Numbered from the stretch's first letter, positions 1 to 7,176 are shown. The stretch is DNA of 64,000 bases from a virus (IMGVR_UViG_3300009671_000009:32001-96000); one strand, 5' to 3'. A program made the numbers and translations. The notes: generated by a model not told the origin, from the letters alone.

Positions 1-288
1 CACGTAAGGCAAATGAGTTTCTGGGATGAACCCAGAATTATTTCATTATATGTGGGGTGGCTTTATGATCACTAAGATCAGGCAAGAAGCCTATGTTCCT
101 ATGCGTCGTGCATTTAATGACTTTAAAATAGTCGTTGATAAACACACTACTGCTAGGAACATCCAACTCTTCGCAGCCTATAAAGCAGTCAGAATTGATT
201 GCTACGAAGGATCGAAGACTAGGAACAAGAAAAAAACGGCATAATACGAGGGGTATTATTTGCCCCTCGCCCCACACAAATTTATGTA

Positions 289-317
289 TTGACAAAAGTA
301 ACAAAGCATGGTAGAAT
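289..317 (+). promoter_or_regulatory. sigmaA-type promoter driving the Y-RNA array
   Basis: TTGACA (289-294), 17-nt spacer, extended TG, TAGAAT (312-317); first RNA module starts about 8 nt downstream. Confidence 0.8.
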
Positions 318-324
318 AGGAAAT

Positions 325-390
325 GTGAGGCGTTTAAGAAGAGCTACTTCGATTTGGACGAAACACGGCTTTTCTAGCAATTTTCCTCAC
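325..390 (+). ncRNA. Y-RNA-like module A (minimal, small hairpin cargo)
   Basis: GTGAGG/CCTCAC terminal stem, GAGGCG..TACTTC motif, inner AGAAGAGC/GCTTTTCT stem; upstream of Ro60. Confidence 0.7.
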
Positions 391-408
391 GTATAATAAG
401 TATATAAG

Positions 409-552
409 ATCAAATGAGGCGTTTTGTGGCGATACTTCGACTTTTTTAGCTAAAGAGGGGTCTGGGTTCGAATCCCAGCTTACAGGGAAACCTGCATGTG
501 GTGTAACGGGAGCACGTAAAAGGACGCGTCACTACCTTTTTCCTCATTTGAT
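409..552 (+). ncRNA. Y-RNA (YrlA-like) module B with permuted tRNA-like domain
   Basis: ATCAAATGAGG/CCTCATTTGAT stem, TACTTC; T-arm CTGGG-TTCGAAT-CCCAG, then CAGG-GAAA-CCTG hairpin, then D-like arm. Confidence 0.75.
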
Positions 553-566
553 TTAAATAAGATTAC

Positions 567-709
567 AACTGAGGCGTTAGAAAGAGTTACTTCGCATTAG
601 GAGCGCGGCTGTGGAGGTTCAAGTCCTTCTCCCCTGACCAATTTTATATCAGGGGATAGCTTAACTGGCAGAGCACGTAAACGTTACTTTTTCGCTATTT
701 TCCTCAGTT
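567..709 (+). ncRNA. Y-RNA (YrlA-like) module C with permuted tRNA domain
   Basis: AACTGAGG/CCTCAGTT stem, TACTTC; T-arm GGAGG-TTCAAGT-CCTTC, acceptor TCCCCTG(ACCA)...CAGGGGA, D-arm TAGCTTAACTGGCAGAGC. Confidence 0.8.
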
Positions 710-718
710 AAGTTTAAC

Positions 719-813
719 AAATGGGGCGCTTGATTGGGATACTTCGAGGATTATCAAATCTTCACCAGGGCGGCAGCCGACATACATGCACCTAGCCTAT
801 ATTTACCCCATTT
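719..813 (+). ncRNA. Y-RNA-like module D
   Basis: AAATGGGG/CCCCATTT stem (compensatory variant of GAGG/CCTC), GGGGCG..TACTTC. Confidence 0.65.
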
Positions 814-827
814 AAATAAGCTCAATA

Positions 828-969
828 ACAGTGAGGCGTCAGATAGAGTTACTTCGTTGCAGCCAAAAATTGCGATATAGTTTAACACTGGTTAAAACAC
901 CAGGGAAACCTGGAGAATTCGGTTCAAGTCCGTCTTAATAGGAACTTTGTCGCCCATTTACCTCACTGT
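828..969 (+). ncRNA. Y-RNA-like module E with unpermuted tRNA-like domain (anticodon loop replaced by GAAA)
   Basis: ACAGTGAGG/CCTCACTGT stem, TACTTC; D-arm TAGTTTAACACTGGTTAAAAC, CCAGG-GAAA-CCTGG, T-arm CGG-TTCAAGT-CCG. Confidence 0.7.
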
Positions 970-976
970 AAATTTT

Positions 977-1108
977 AAACTTGGGTGTCGGTTACATACC
1001 GACAGGGAAACTAGATAGGGACGTGCCGCCCCTAATAACCTACCATTACCCGTTCTACTGCTTCTAGTGCTGTAGGTAGACGCTGTGAAAGTCAGCAAGC
1101 CCAAGTTT
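977..1108 (+). ncRNA. structured ncRNA of a different class embedded in the array
   Basis: AAACTTGGG/CCCAAGTTT terminal stem, internal hairpins (TGTCGG/CCGACA, TAGGG/CCCTA, GCTG/CAGC); lacks GAGGCG/TACTTC. Confidence 0.5.
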
Positions 1109-1124
1109 TTATAAAGTTTAATAG

Positions 1125-1340
1125 TAAGCGAAGCGCTTGAAGGGGTTACTTCTTAATTCTAAAAGATGAATTGGTTTAGAAGGAAACTTCTATCTCAAGC
1201 ACGACGGGCGGGTGCCACCCCGATATAACGGCATGGCTGCGTGAGCCAAGAGCGCTTTCACCCTAATGGCCTCCTTTCCCAAGTTAAGGCCCCTTTCGAG
1301 GATAATGGGTGGGTTCCCTCTTCACTAATTTCTTCGCTTA
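1125..1340 (+). ncRNA. Y-RNA-like module G with large multi-hairpin cargo
   Basis: TAAGCGAAG/CTTCGCTTA stem (compensatory), TGAAGGGG/CCTCTTCA inner stem, TACTTC, about 160-nt insert. Confidence 0.65.
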
Positions 1341-1386
1341 TTTAAGTTTCCCTTGATGGGTTTCCATTATAAGCATCACTCCTTCA

Positions 1387-1485
1387 TAACTAAACGAGGC
1401 GACAGTAAGGGATACTTCGCACAAGAACCTGGCCTAGAGCTTGGTAAAAAAACGAGCCTTTACAGCCATTTCCCTCGTTTAGTTA
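1387..1485 (+). ncRNA. Y-RNA-like module H
   Basis: TAACTAAACGAGG/CCTCGTTTAGTTA stem; GAGGCGACAGTAAGGGATACTTC identical to module K. Confidence 0.7.
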
Positions 1486-1548
1486 CGTAATCAAAGTGAG
1501 ATTTTACCTCGCTTTAAAATAAAAGTTTGTCCACTAAATTATACAACT

Positions 1549-1623
1549 AGAGAGGCGTCAGTCAGGGATACTTCGATAACTGTTAATTATCTAAAAAGGG
1601 CCTTGGCAAACTTTTTCCTCTCT
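1549..1623 (+). ncRNA. Y-RNA-like module I carrying an isolated anticodon-like stem-loop (GTT)
   Basis: AGAGAGG/CCTCTCT stem, TACTTC, cargo GATAA-CTGTTAA-TTATC. Confidence 0.7.
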
Positions 1624-1637
1624 CGATAAAGTTCAAC

Positions 1638-1780
1638 AATCGAGGCGACAGAGAGCGTTACTTCGCCTGTTAAGCCGTAGGTCGTAGGTTCGAATCCTCC
1701 CGCCCCCGTCAAATTATATGGGGGTGTAGCTCAGTGGATAGAGCAACGTAAACGTACGTTCTCGACCTTTTCCCTCGATT
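1638..1780 (+). ncRNA. Y-RNA (YrlA-like) module J, permuted tRNA-Asn-like domain
   Basis: AATCGAGG/CCTCGATT stem, TACTTC, CTGTTAA loop, T-arm GTAGG-TTCGAAT-CCTCC, CGCCCCC/GGGGGTG acceptor, D-arm TAGCTCAGTGGATAGAGC. Confidence 0.8.
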
Positions 1781-1790
1781 AAAAAAATTC

Positions 1791-1931
1791 AGATGAGGCG
1801 ACAGTAAGGGATACTTCAAAGGAAATCAGCGTGTCGTGGGTTCAAGTCCCACTCCCCTGACTAATCAGGGGGTAGCTCAGTTGGCAGAGCAACCGACAAT
1901 AAAGAGGCCTTTACAACCATTTTCCTCATCT
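1791..1931 (+). ncRNA. Y-RNA (YrlA-like) module K with permuted tRNA domain
   Basis: AGATGAGG/CCTCATCT stem, TACTTC, T-arm GTGGG-TTCAAGT-CCCAC, TCCCCTGA-CTAA-TCAGGGGG, D-arm TAGCTCAGTTGGCAGAGC. Confidence 0.8.
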
Positions 1932-1948
1932 AAATTTAAGCTAACTTT

Positions 1949-1990
1949 AACGGGAGTGGTCTATCTAAAGGTAGATTGCTCACGTTTTTT
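1949..1990 (+). terminator. intrinsic terminator-like hairpin between the RNA array and the Ro60 gene
   Basis: AACG-G-GAGTGGTCTATCT/AGGTAGATTGCTC-A-CGTT followed by a T-run. Confidence 0.55.
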
Positions 1991-2016
1991 ATTACTTCCA
2001 ATAAGGAGGCGTTCGA

Positions 2017-3519
2017 ATGGCAAGAGTAAAACAAATGTTTGGCACTCCGCAAATTCCTGTTGCGGACACCACGAATCGTGATGGGTATGATGCTTACACC
2101 CGAAGCATCTACGAGCAATTCGTTCAAACTCTGTTCTGCAATACACTGGGTAATACCTACTATGCAGACAGCAAAGAAATGCTCAAAGAAGCCAGCAAAG
2201 TGCACCAAGACATGCTGAAGGAAGACAAGTTCTTCTTTGCTGACGCGCTACCCGTAGCACGCCAAGAAGGGTGCATGAAACTTCAACCTGTCTATGCTCT
2301 GTCTTTGTTAGCTGCAACCGACCCAGGCTTGTTTGAAAAAACATTCCCTGGAGTGGTATTGATCCCATCCGATCTCCAAGACTTCATGACTATCCTTGAT
2401 AGTGCTGGTCGTGGACAAGGTGGCCGCGCTGTAAAGCGAACAGTTGCCAACTGGATGAATGAAAAGATGTCCGAATACTGGGCGATTAAATACGACGGTG
2501 ACGCTCGTGGCTATTCTCTCGGTGATTTGGTTCAGACCATTCATCCGAAACCTAAGAACAGCTTTGTCTCTGGTCTTTATGGTTACTTAATCGGCTCAGA
2601 AAAGGTTAATCTTGCAGAGTACAAGCAGTTAACTGCTTATCAGGCTCTGAAGAAGACGACCGATCCGAAGGAACAGATTCGTCTGGTGCGCGAAGGCAGA
2701 CTTCCCCACGAAGTCGTGACTGGCGTAACCAAAATGAGTCCCGACCTTTGGGACGCTCTTGTCCAAGATATGCCTGTCTTTGCTACCTTACGTAACCTGA
2801 ATGCCCTGGATAGGGTTGGTGTCCTCGACAAAAATCGTAAGATTATCGAAGAGAGACTCACCAATCCTGAAATACTGGCTAAGTCCAAGATTCTGCCGTT
2901 CAGGTTCCTAAATGCCTTCGACAACGTATCCAAGGCGTGGGTCAAAGATGCTCTACGGTCGGCGGTTGAAGCTACCTTCAATAACCTACCTGAGATCTCT
3001 GGCAAAACTGCGATCTTCTTGGACGTCTCTGGGTCGATGAGCGGAGAATATTTGAAGATCGGTTCGGTCTTCGCAATAGCTCTCTACAAAAAGACTCGTG
3101 GCAACGGTTTGTTCTGGTTGTTCGATACTCGTGTATTTGATGGACAACCTTCATTGCATGATTCGATCTTAACCCAAGCAAACAAAATCCACACCAGAGG
3201 CGGCACCAATACAGGTGCTCCGATGCGAAAATTATGGCAAGACCGTGAAAAAGTAGACAACATCATCATGATTACTGATGAACAGCAAAACACTGGGAAT
3301 CCGTTTTATGGTGAGTTAGCTGAATATCGGAGACACATTAACCCGAATGTAAAAACATTCATTATTGATATCTCTGGTTATCGGCAAGCCATGGTTCCTC
3401 AAGGCGATCCGAATACTTTCTACATCTACGGATGGTCGGATCAAGTCCTCAACTATATTTCAATGGCCTCCAAAGGCTTTGGAACTATCGTTGATGCGAT
3501 CAAAGCCAAAAGAAAGTAA
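2017..3519 (+). CDS. rsr: Ro60/TROVE-domain RNA-binding protein with C-terminal vWA domain
   Basis: 500 aa; TROVE-like features (N-terminal NRDGYDAY, MPVFATLRNL, ILPFRFLNA) and vWA MIDAS DVSGSM, GGT, ITDEQ; SD AAGGAGG. Confidence 0.9.
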   Translation: MARVKQMFGTPQIPVADTTNRDGYDAYTRSIYEQFVQTLFCNTLGNTYYADSKEMLKEASKVHQDMLKEDKFFFADALPVARQEGCMKLQPVYALSLLAATDPGLFEKTFPGVVLIPSDLQDFMTILDSAGRGQGGRAVKRTVANWMNEKMSEYWAIKYDGDARGYSLGDLVQTIHPKPKNSFVSGLYGYLIGSEKVNLAEYKQLTAYQALKKTTDPKEQIRLVREGRLPHEVVTGVTKMSPDLWDALVQDMPVFATLRNLNALDRVGVLDKNRKIIEERLTNPEILAKSKILPFRFLNAFDNVSKAWVKDALRSAVEATFNNLPEISGKTAIFLDVSGSMSGEYLKIGSVFAIALYKKTRGNGLFWLFDTRVFDGQPSLHDSILTQANKIHTRGGTNTGAPMRKLWQDREKVDNIIMITDEQQNTGNPFYGELAEYRRHINPNVKTFIIDISGYRQAMVPQGDPNTFYIYGWSDQVLNYISMASKGFGTIVDAIKAKRK

Positions 3520-3527
3520 CAATTAGG

Positions 3528-3555
3528 AGGCGATCAGAAATGATCGCCTTTTTTT
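3528..3555 (+). terminator. rho-independent terminator
   Basis: AGGCGATCA-GAAA-TGATCGCCT followed by a T-run. Confidence 0.8.
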
Positions 3556-3564
3556 GTTCCCGAG

Positions 3565-3894
3565 GTGAGAACATTGGATAGTAATTGGATATATGAAATG
3601 CAAAACAATCTAGTTCACAAGTGCTATCATTGTTATGAACAGCATAAAAGTGAAACTAAAATGACACTAAAATCGCAACATAAAGATAAAGTTATAGCCC
3701 AATGCTGTTATCTTACTTATCTGTGTAAACATTTTTACCACATTGATAATATAACTGATCAAGCTTTCTATGATGATTGTTTAGATCACAACAGGCTAGG
3801 AACGTGCACTGCGTTTGTTAAAAAGAAACCTCCTGTACCGTTTAAGATAAAGTTACTTCGATGGTGGAAAAGGAAATTTGGCAATGTTCACTAA
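3565..3894 (+). CDS. hypothetical Cys-rich protein
   Basis: 109 aa ORF overlapping the next start. Confidence 0.5.
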   Translation: MRTLDSNWIYEMQNNLVHKCYHCYEQHKSETKMTLKSQHKDKVIAQCCYLTYLCKHFYHIDNITDQAFYDDCLDHNRLGTCTAFVKKKPPVPFKIKLLRWWKRKFGNVH

Positions 3895-4687
3895 ACTTAT
3901 AGATAAATATCTCAACGACATCTTTACTCCAGAGCAGCAGAAGATAGACCATGTGTCAAAATTTGTAGACTTTATCTATAGGCAACCTCAAGGAAACGCC
4001 GAGGTGTCTAGAAAGGTTAAAGGAAGCCAATATAACCAAGCGCGTCTATCTGTTGGATTCTGCCACAATACTTTAGAAAGTCTATTTAGAGTAATCAAGT
4101 TTCTCTCGGGTATCGAGGGAGTAAACTTAGATCCTATGTTGGAATTTTTACTTCAATCAGATCAATCACAAATCCAACTGATAGTTTTTGGTCTAGAGCT
4201 GGGAGCCTCTGCCAGCAAGACACGATATAAAGTTCACATTCAGTATTACAAACATCCTCGAATCGTGGATGTTATATTGAACAATCCCTGCTCTAATCCT
4301 AAATCGTTTAATTTCTTACCGTTTGGAGAAGCCACTGTGGGATTTGATTTATTTCTGGATGGAAGAACAGAATATCGGGTATATGTTTCATTCGATACTC
4401 CGCAACGGTATAAACTTTTATTCGGAAGATTCTTTGAGCCACATATTGTAGATGCCCTATATCGTTCGGAAAACGCATGGCTTGCCTGGAAAAACAGCAA
4501 CTCTGAAACATTTGTTTATTTCCTGGATGATAAGTTAGATCCAATAATTGATAGTTTACAATTTGAGGATCTAGACCAGAATATGTTGGACTTTAATGGA
4601 ATTCGTCCTTATATTTTTGGTACAACTCTTTCTGACTTACAAACTAGGAAACTTAACGAATATAATATTTATTTTTCATTAGCTTAA
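3878..4687 (+). CDS. LynF/TruF/PagF-like (ABBA-fold) peptide prenyltransferase homolog
   Basis: motifs EVSRKV..QARLSVGF, VFGLEL...RYKVHI and VGFDLFLDGRTEYRVY resemble cyanobactin F-family proteins; likely start ATG 3884. Confidence 0.6.
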   Translation: MAMFTKLIDKYLNDIFTPEQQKIDHVSKFVDFIYRQPQGNAEVSRKVKGSQYNQARLSVGFCHNTLESLFRVIKFLSGIEGVNLDPMLEFLLQSDQSQIQLIVFGLELGASASKTRYKVHIQYYKHPRIVDVILNNPCSNPKSFNFLPFGEATVGFDLFLDGRTEYRVYVSFDTPQRYKLLFGRFFEPHIVDALYRSENAWLAWKNSNSETFVYFLDDKLDPIIDSLQFEDLDQNMLDFNGIRPYIFGTTLSDLQTRKLNEYNIYFSLA

Positions 4688-4708
4688 AAATGGTGGCGAA
4701 ACTAATTA

Positions 4709-5065
4709 ATGGCATATACTAATGAACAAAAGAAAGAATGGGCATCACAAAAACGGGCAACAAGAAGGCAATTTGCCTATAGCTATCTTGGTGGAAAGTG
4801 TGCCGTTTGTGGACTAGCAGAAGACTTAGAATTTGACCATATAGATCCTGCTACCAAAATATGTAACATAAGTTGCCTGTGGACTGCATCTGAGGAGAAG
4901 TTCATAGCATAACTGGATAAGTGTCAGTTATTATGCCCGACTCACCACAAAGAAAAAACAGCCAGAGAATGCGGCTATGTTCCTATTGATTATATATGTG
5001 AATTTTGTCATAAAATATTCTCATTAATGAAACACGATGCTTCTCATGGTCGTCGTTTTTTGTAG
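4709..5065 (+). pseudogene. HNH endonuclease with in-frame TAA
   Basis: LGGKCAVCG..LEFDHIDP; TAA at 4910-4912, then frame continues LDKCQLLCPTHHKEKT. Confidence 0.7.
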
Positions 5066-5096
5066 TAGGTATTGCTATCTAAAAAGTATAAAACAC

Positions 5097-5174
5097 GGTG
5101 ATGGTAGCTTAATTGGCTAGAGCCCCAGACTGTGAATCTGGAGAGTGCGAGTTCGAATCTCGTCCTTCACCCCA
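5097..5174 (+). tRNA. tRNA-His(GTG)
   Basis: G-1, cloverleaf, CCAGA-CTGTGAA-TCTGG, C73, CCA. Confidence 0.9.
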
Positions 5175-5198
5175 ACTTTAAATATCAAAGGAAGAAAT

Positions 5199-5615
5199 AT
5201 GGCATATCCATACAAACGCCTCAAAATAAAAGGTAAATGCATTGATAGGCATAGGCTAGTGATGGAAGAAAAACTAGGTCGAAAATTAGAATCATGGGAA
5301 ATAGTCCATCACAAAGACGAAGATAAATCCAATGATGAAGCAAACAATTTGGAACTAAGAACAAGATCGACCCATATAATTGATCATCTACCAAAACCTA
5401 TAGTTATGACTGAAGAAGTAAAACAGAAAATAAGTATTTCCAAACAAGGTTCCAAAAATCCAAGAGCAATTCTCACCGAAGAACAAGTCATTAGAATTAA
5501 AAAAGATCTTGGAGAAGGAATGGGCGTTAGATCATTAGCAAGAACGTTAAACATAGACCATAAAATAATTTCCGATATTAAAACAGGCAAAACATGGAAA
5601 CATGTTGTATTATGA
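5199..5615 (+). CDS. HNH homing endonuclease with C-terminal HTH
   Basis: HRLVME..LGRKL...EIVHHKDEDKSND; paralog of 47895..48302. Confidence 0.8.
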   Translation: MAYPYKRLKIKGKCIDRHRLVMEEKLGRKLESWEIVHHKDEDKSNDEANNLELRTRSTHIIDHLPKPIVMTEEVKQKISISKQGSKNPRAILTEEQVIRIKKDLGEGMGVRSLARTLNIDHKIISDIKTGKTWKHVVL

Positions 5616-5754
5616 TCTATTCAGAACGGGGAAACGTTTCGGGGTGGTGTCCGAAATAAGGTATAGACACACAGCCCTACAGTGACTCCCGCTGTGACAA
5701 GGGGCTAGAGGAGTGAGAGGACTACACCGCCTCTCTCCTCGCTCTGAGTGGATC
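5614..5754 (+). ncRNA. putative multi-branched structured RNA
   Basis: 12-bp closing stem GATCTATTCAGA/TCTGAGTGGATC enclosing 3-4 GC-rich hairpins in an intergenic region. Confidence 0.4.
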
Positions 5755-5780
5755 GTGTTAAATAACATTTTCATCCAGTG

Positions 5781-5809
5781 TTGCATTTTATTTCTCTCTG
5801 TGATATAAT
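5781..5809 (+). promoter_or_regulatory. sigmaA-type promoter
   Basis: TTGCAT-17-TATAAT with extended TG. Confidence 0.65.
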
Positions 5810-5892
5810 GAAATTGAGAGCAGGGAAGCTCCTGCTAAAACACTATATTATACAGAGGAAGTGTAGCAACATATGATTTTTTATTCAGATGG

Positions 5893-6399
5893 ATGTTAAC
5901 AGCAGAACAACTTTTTGAGAACAATGAGAAACTTGCTTATGATGTTGTACATAGAATGAAGATTTCAATACCAGGATTTGCACAAGAAGATTTATTTCAA
6001 ACGGCAAAGATGGGTCTCTGGCGAGCATGCCAGAAGTATGACGAAAAGCGAGGCAGGTTTTCTACATGGGCAGTAACATGCATTACAAATGAACTACTTA
6101 TGGCTTACCGAAAACATGCAGGCAAAGGCAGGAAAAAAGTAGAAGTTCTATCACTAGAAGGTTTGTGTGAGTCATGTGACGAAGGTCTCAACCCATACTA
6201 CTTCGCGCCACGCGTTGAATCTTTCGAAGATAGTCTGATAGGACTTATAGACACCGAAAACTTAGATCTTGAGACCGAAGAAAAAATAATTCTTGATATG
6301 AAGAAATATTTTACTGAATCCGAAGTCGAACAACTTCGTGATACTAGCAAGTGGAATCAACGAAAAATCCGTATGCGTGCCAGGGAACAAGCAGAATGA
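5893..6399 (+). CDS. sigma-70 family RNA polymerase sigma factor
   Basis: region 2 motif EDLFQTAKMGLWRACQKYDEKRGRFSTWAVTCITNE. Confidence 0.85.
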   Translation: MLTAEQLFENNEKLAYDVVHRMKISIPGFAQEDLFQTAKMGLWRACQKYDEKRGRFSTWAVTCITNELLMAYRKHAGKGRKKVEVLSLEGLCESCDEGLNPYYFAPRVESFEDSLIGLIDTENLDLETEEKIILDMKKYFTESEVEQLRDTSKWNQRKIRMRAREQAE

Positions 6400-6515
6400 C
6401 AGGCATCTATTATATCAAAAACAAAAATACTGGGAAGATCTATATCGGCAGTACTATAGACATAGAACATAGATGGTATCGTAATAGACTTAACCTACAA
6501 ATATGCATCAATTAA
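6396..6515 (+). pseudogene. truncated GIY-YIG endonuclease remnant
   Basis: MTGIYYIKNKNTGKIYIGSTIDIEHRW, then stop at 39 aa. Confidence 0.7.
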
Positions 6516-6554
6516 TCACAGGAAAACGCAGAAGTCACAAAGGGTGGACTTATA

Positions 6555-6884
6555 ATGAATAGTGGCATTAAGATTATTATCAACAAAGGCTTTTTAGGCT
6601 TGGGAAAAAAAGAATTGGATATCTTAGAGCTGGACGATGTCCAGTTTCTTTCTGTTATAGTAAATTCATTAAAAAGTTTCAATTGGAACAATGAAGGCGT
6701 TGGTCTAACCCTAATGGAAAAAGTTGTTACAACGTATCTAAAATTCATTTTTCACAATCCAGAAAAGAAAAACCAATGTCGAATAAGTGCGATCCTAACA
6801 CTTGAAGAGATGGGTAAACGATTCGTTAAAAACGAACATCAGTGGGAGGCCTGTCTTAAAGAGCTAGGATTAGCAAAGGATTAA
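6555..6884 (+). CDS. hypothetical protein
   Basis: 109 aa ORF followed by a terminator-like hairpin (6900-6922). Confidence 0.6.
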   Translation: MNSGIKIIINKGFLGLGKKELDILELDDVQFLSVIVNSLKSFNWNNEGVGLTLMEKVVTTYLKFIFHNPEKKNQCRISAILTLEEMGKRFVKNEHQWEACLKELGLAKD

Positions 6885-6931
6885 AAACTTAAGAAAATTG
6901 AGGGCCAATAGTGGCCCTCTTTCACTTTGTT

Positions 6932-7112
6932 ATAAAGACTGACTGCCAACGACAGTGAGGCGGAAAGCGTTCAGCACTTTGGGCATAGCATTTATGATAA
7001 ACCTGTCTTTGCTATGACAAGTGACTAGTTAGTAGATGCTGAAACAGAGTCTGGGTAGCTCCTGGACAGGAATAGGGACTCGGAAGGGGTAAAACCGAGA
7101 GTCAGTCTTTAT
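6932..7112 (+). ncRNA. putative ~180-nt structured ncRNA
   Basis: perfect 13-bp closing stem ATAAAGACTGACT/AGTCAGTCTTTAT; inner stems TTCAGCA/TGCTGAA, CATAGCA/TGCTATG, CTCGG/CCGAG. Confidence 0.55.
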
Positions 7113-7176
7113 CATATATAGGCTATTACGGCATGTGCCGTTAGCAATATAGTGTAAACTGTGAGGTGTAGTAGTA

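Noticed and set aside
325-1931. CRISPR array interpretation of the repeated motifs
   Set aside because: The repeats are bipartite, degenerate and base-pair around inserts of very unequal length; there are no cas genes and the adjacent gene is Ro60
567-1931. Calling the tRNA-like segments in the array true tRNA genes
   Set aside because: The arms are permuted or the acceptor/anticodon is missing, and each is enclosed by the Y-RNA scaffold
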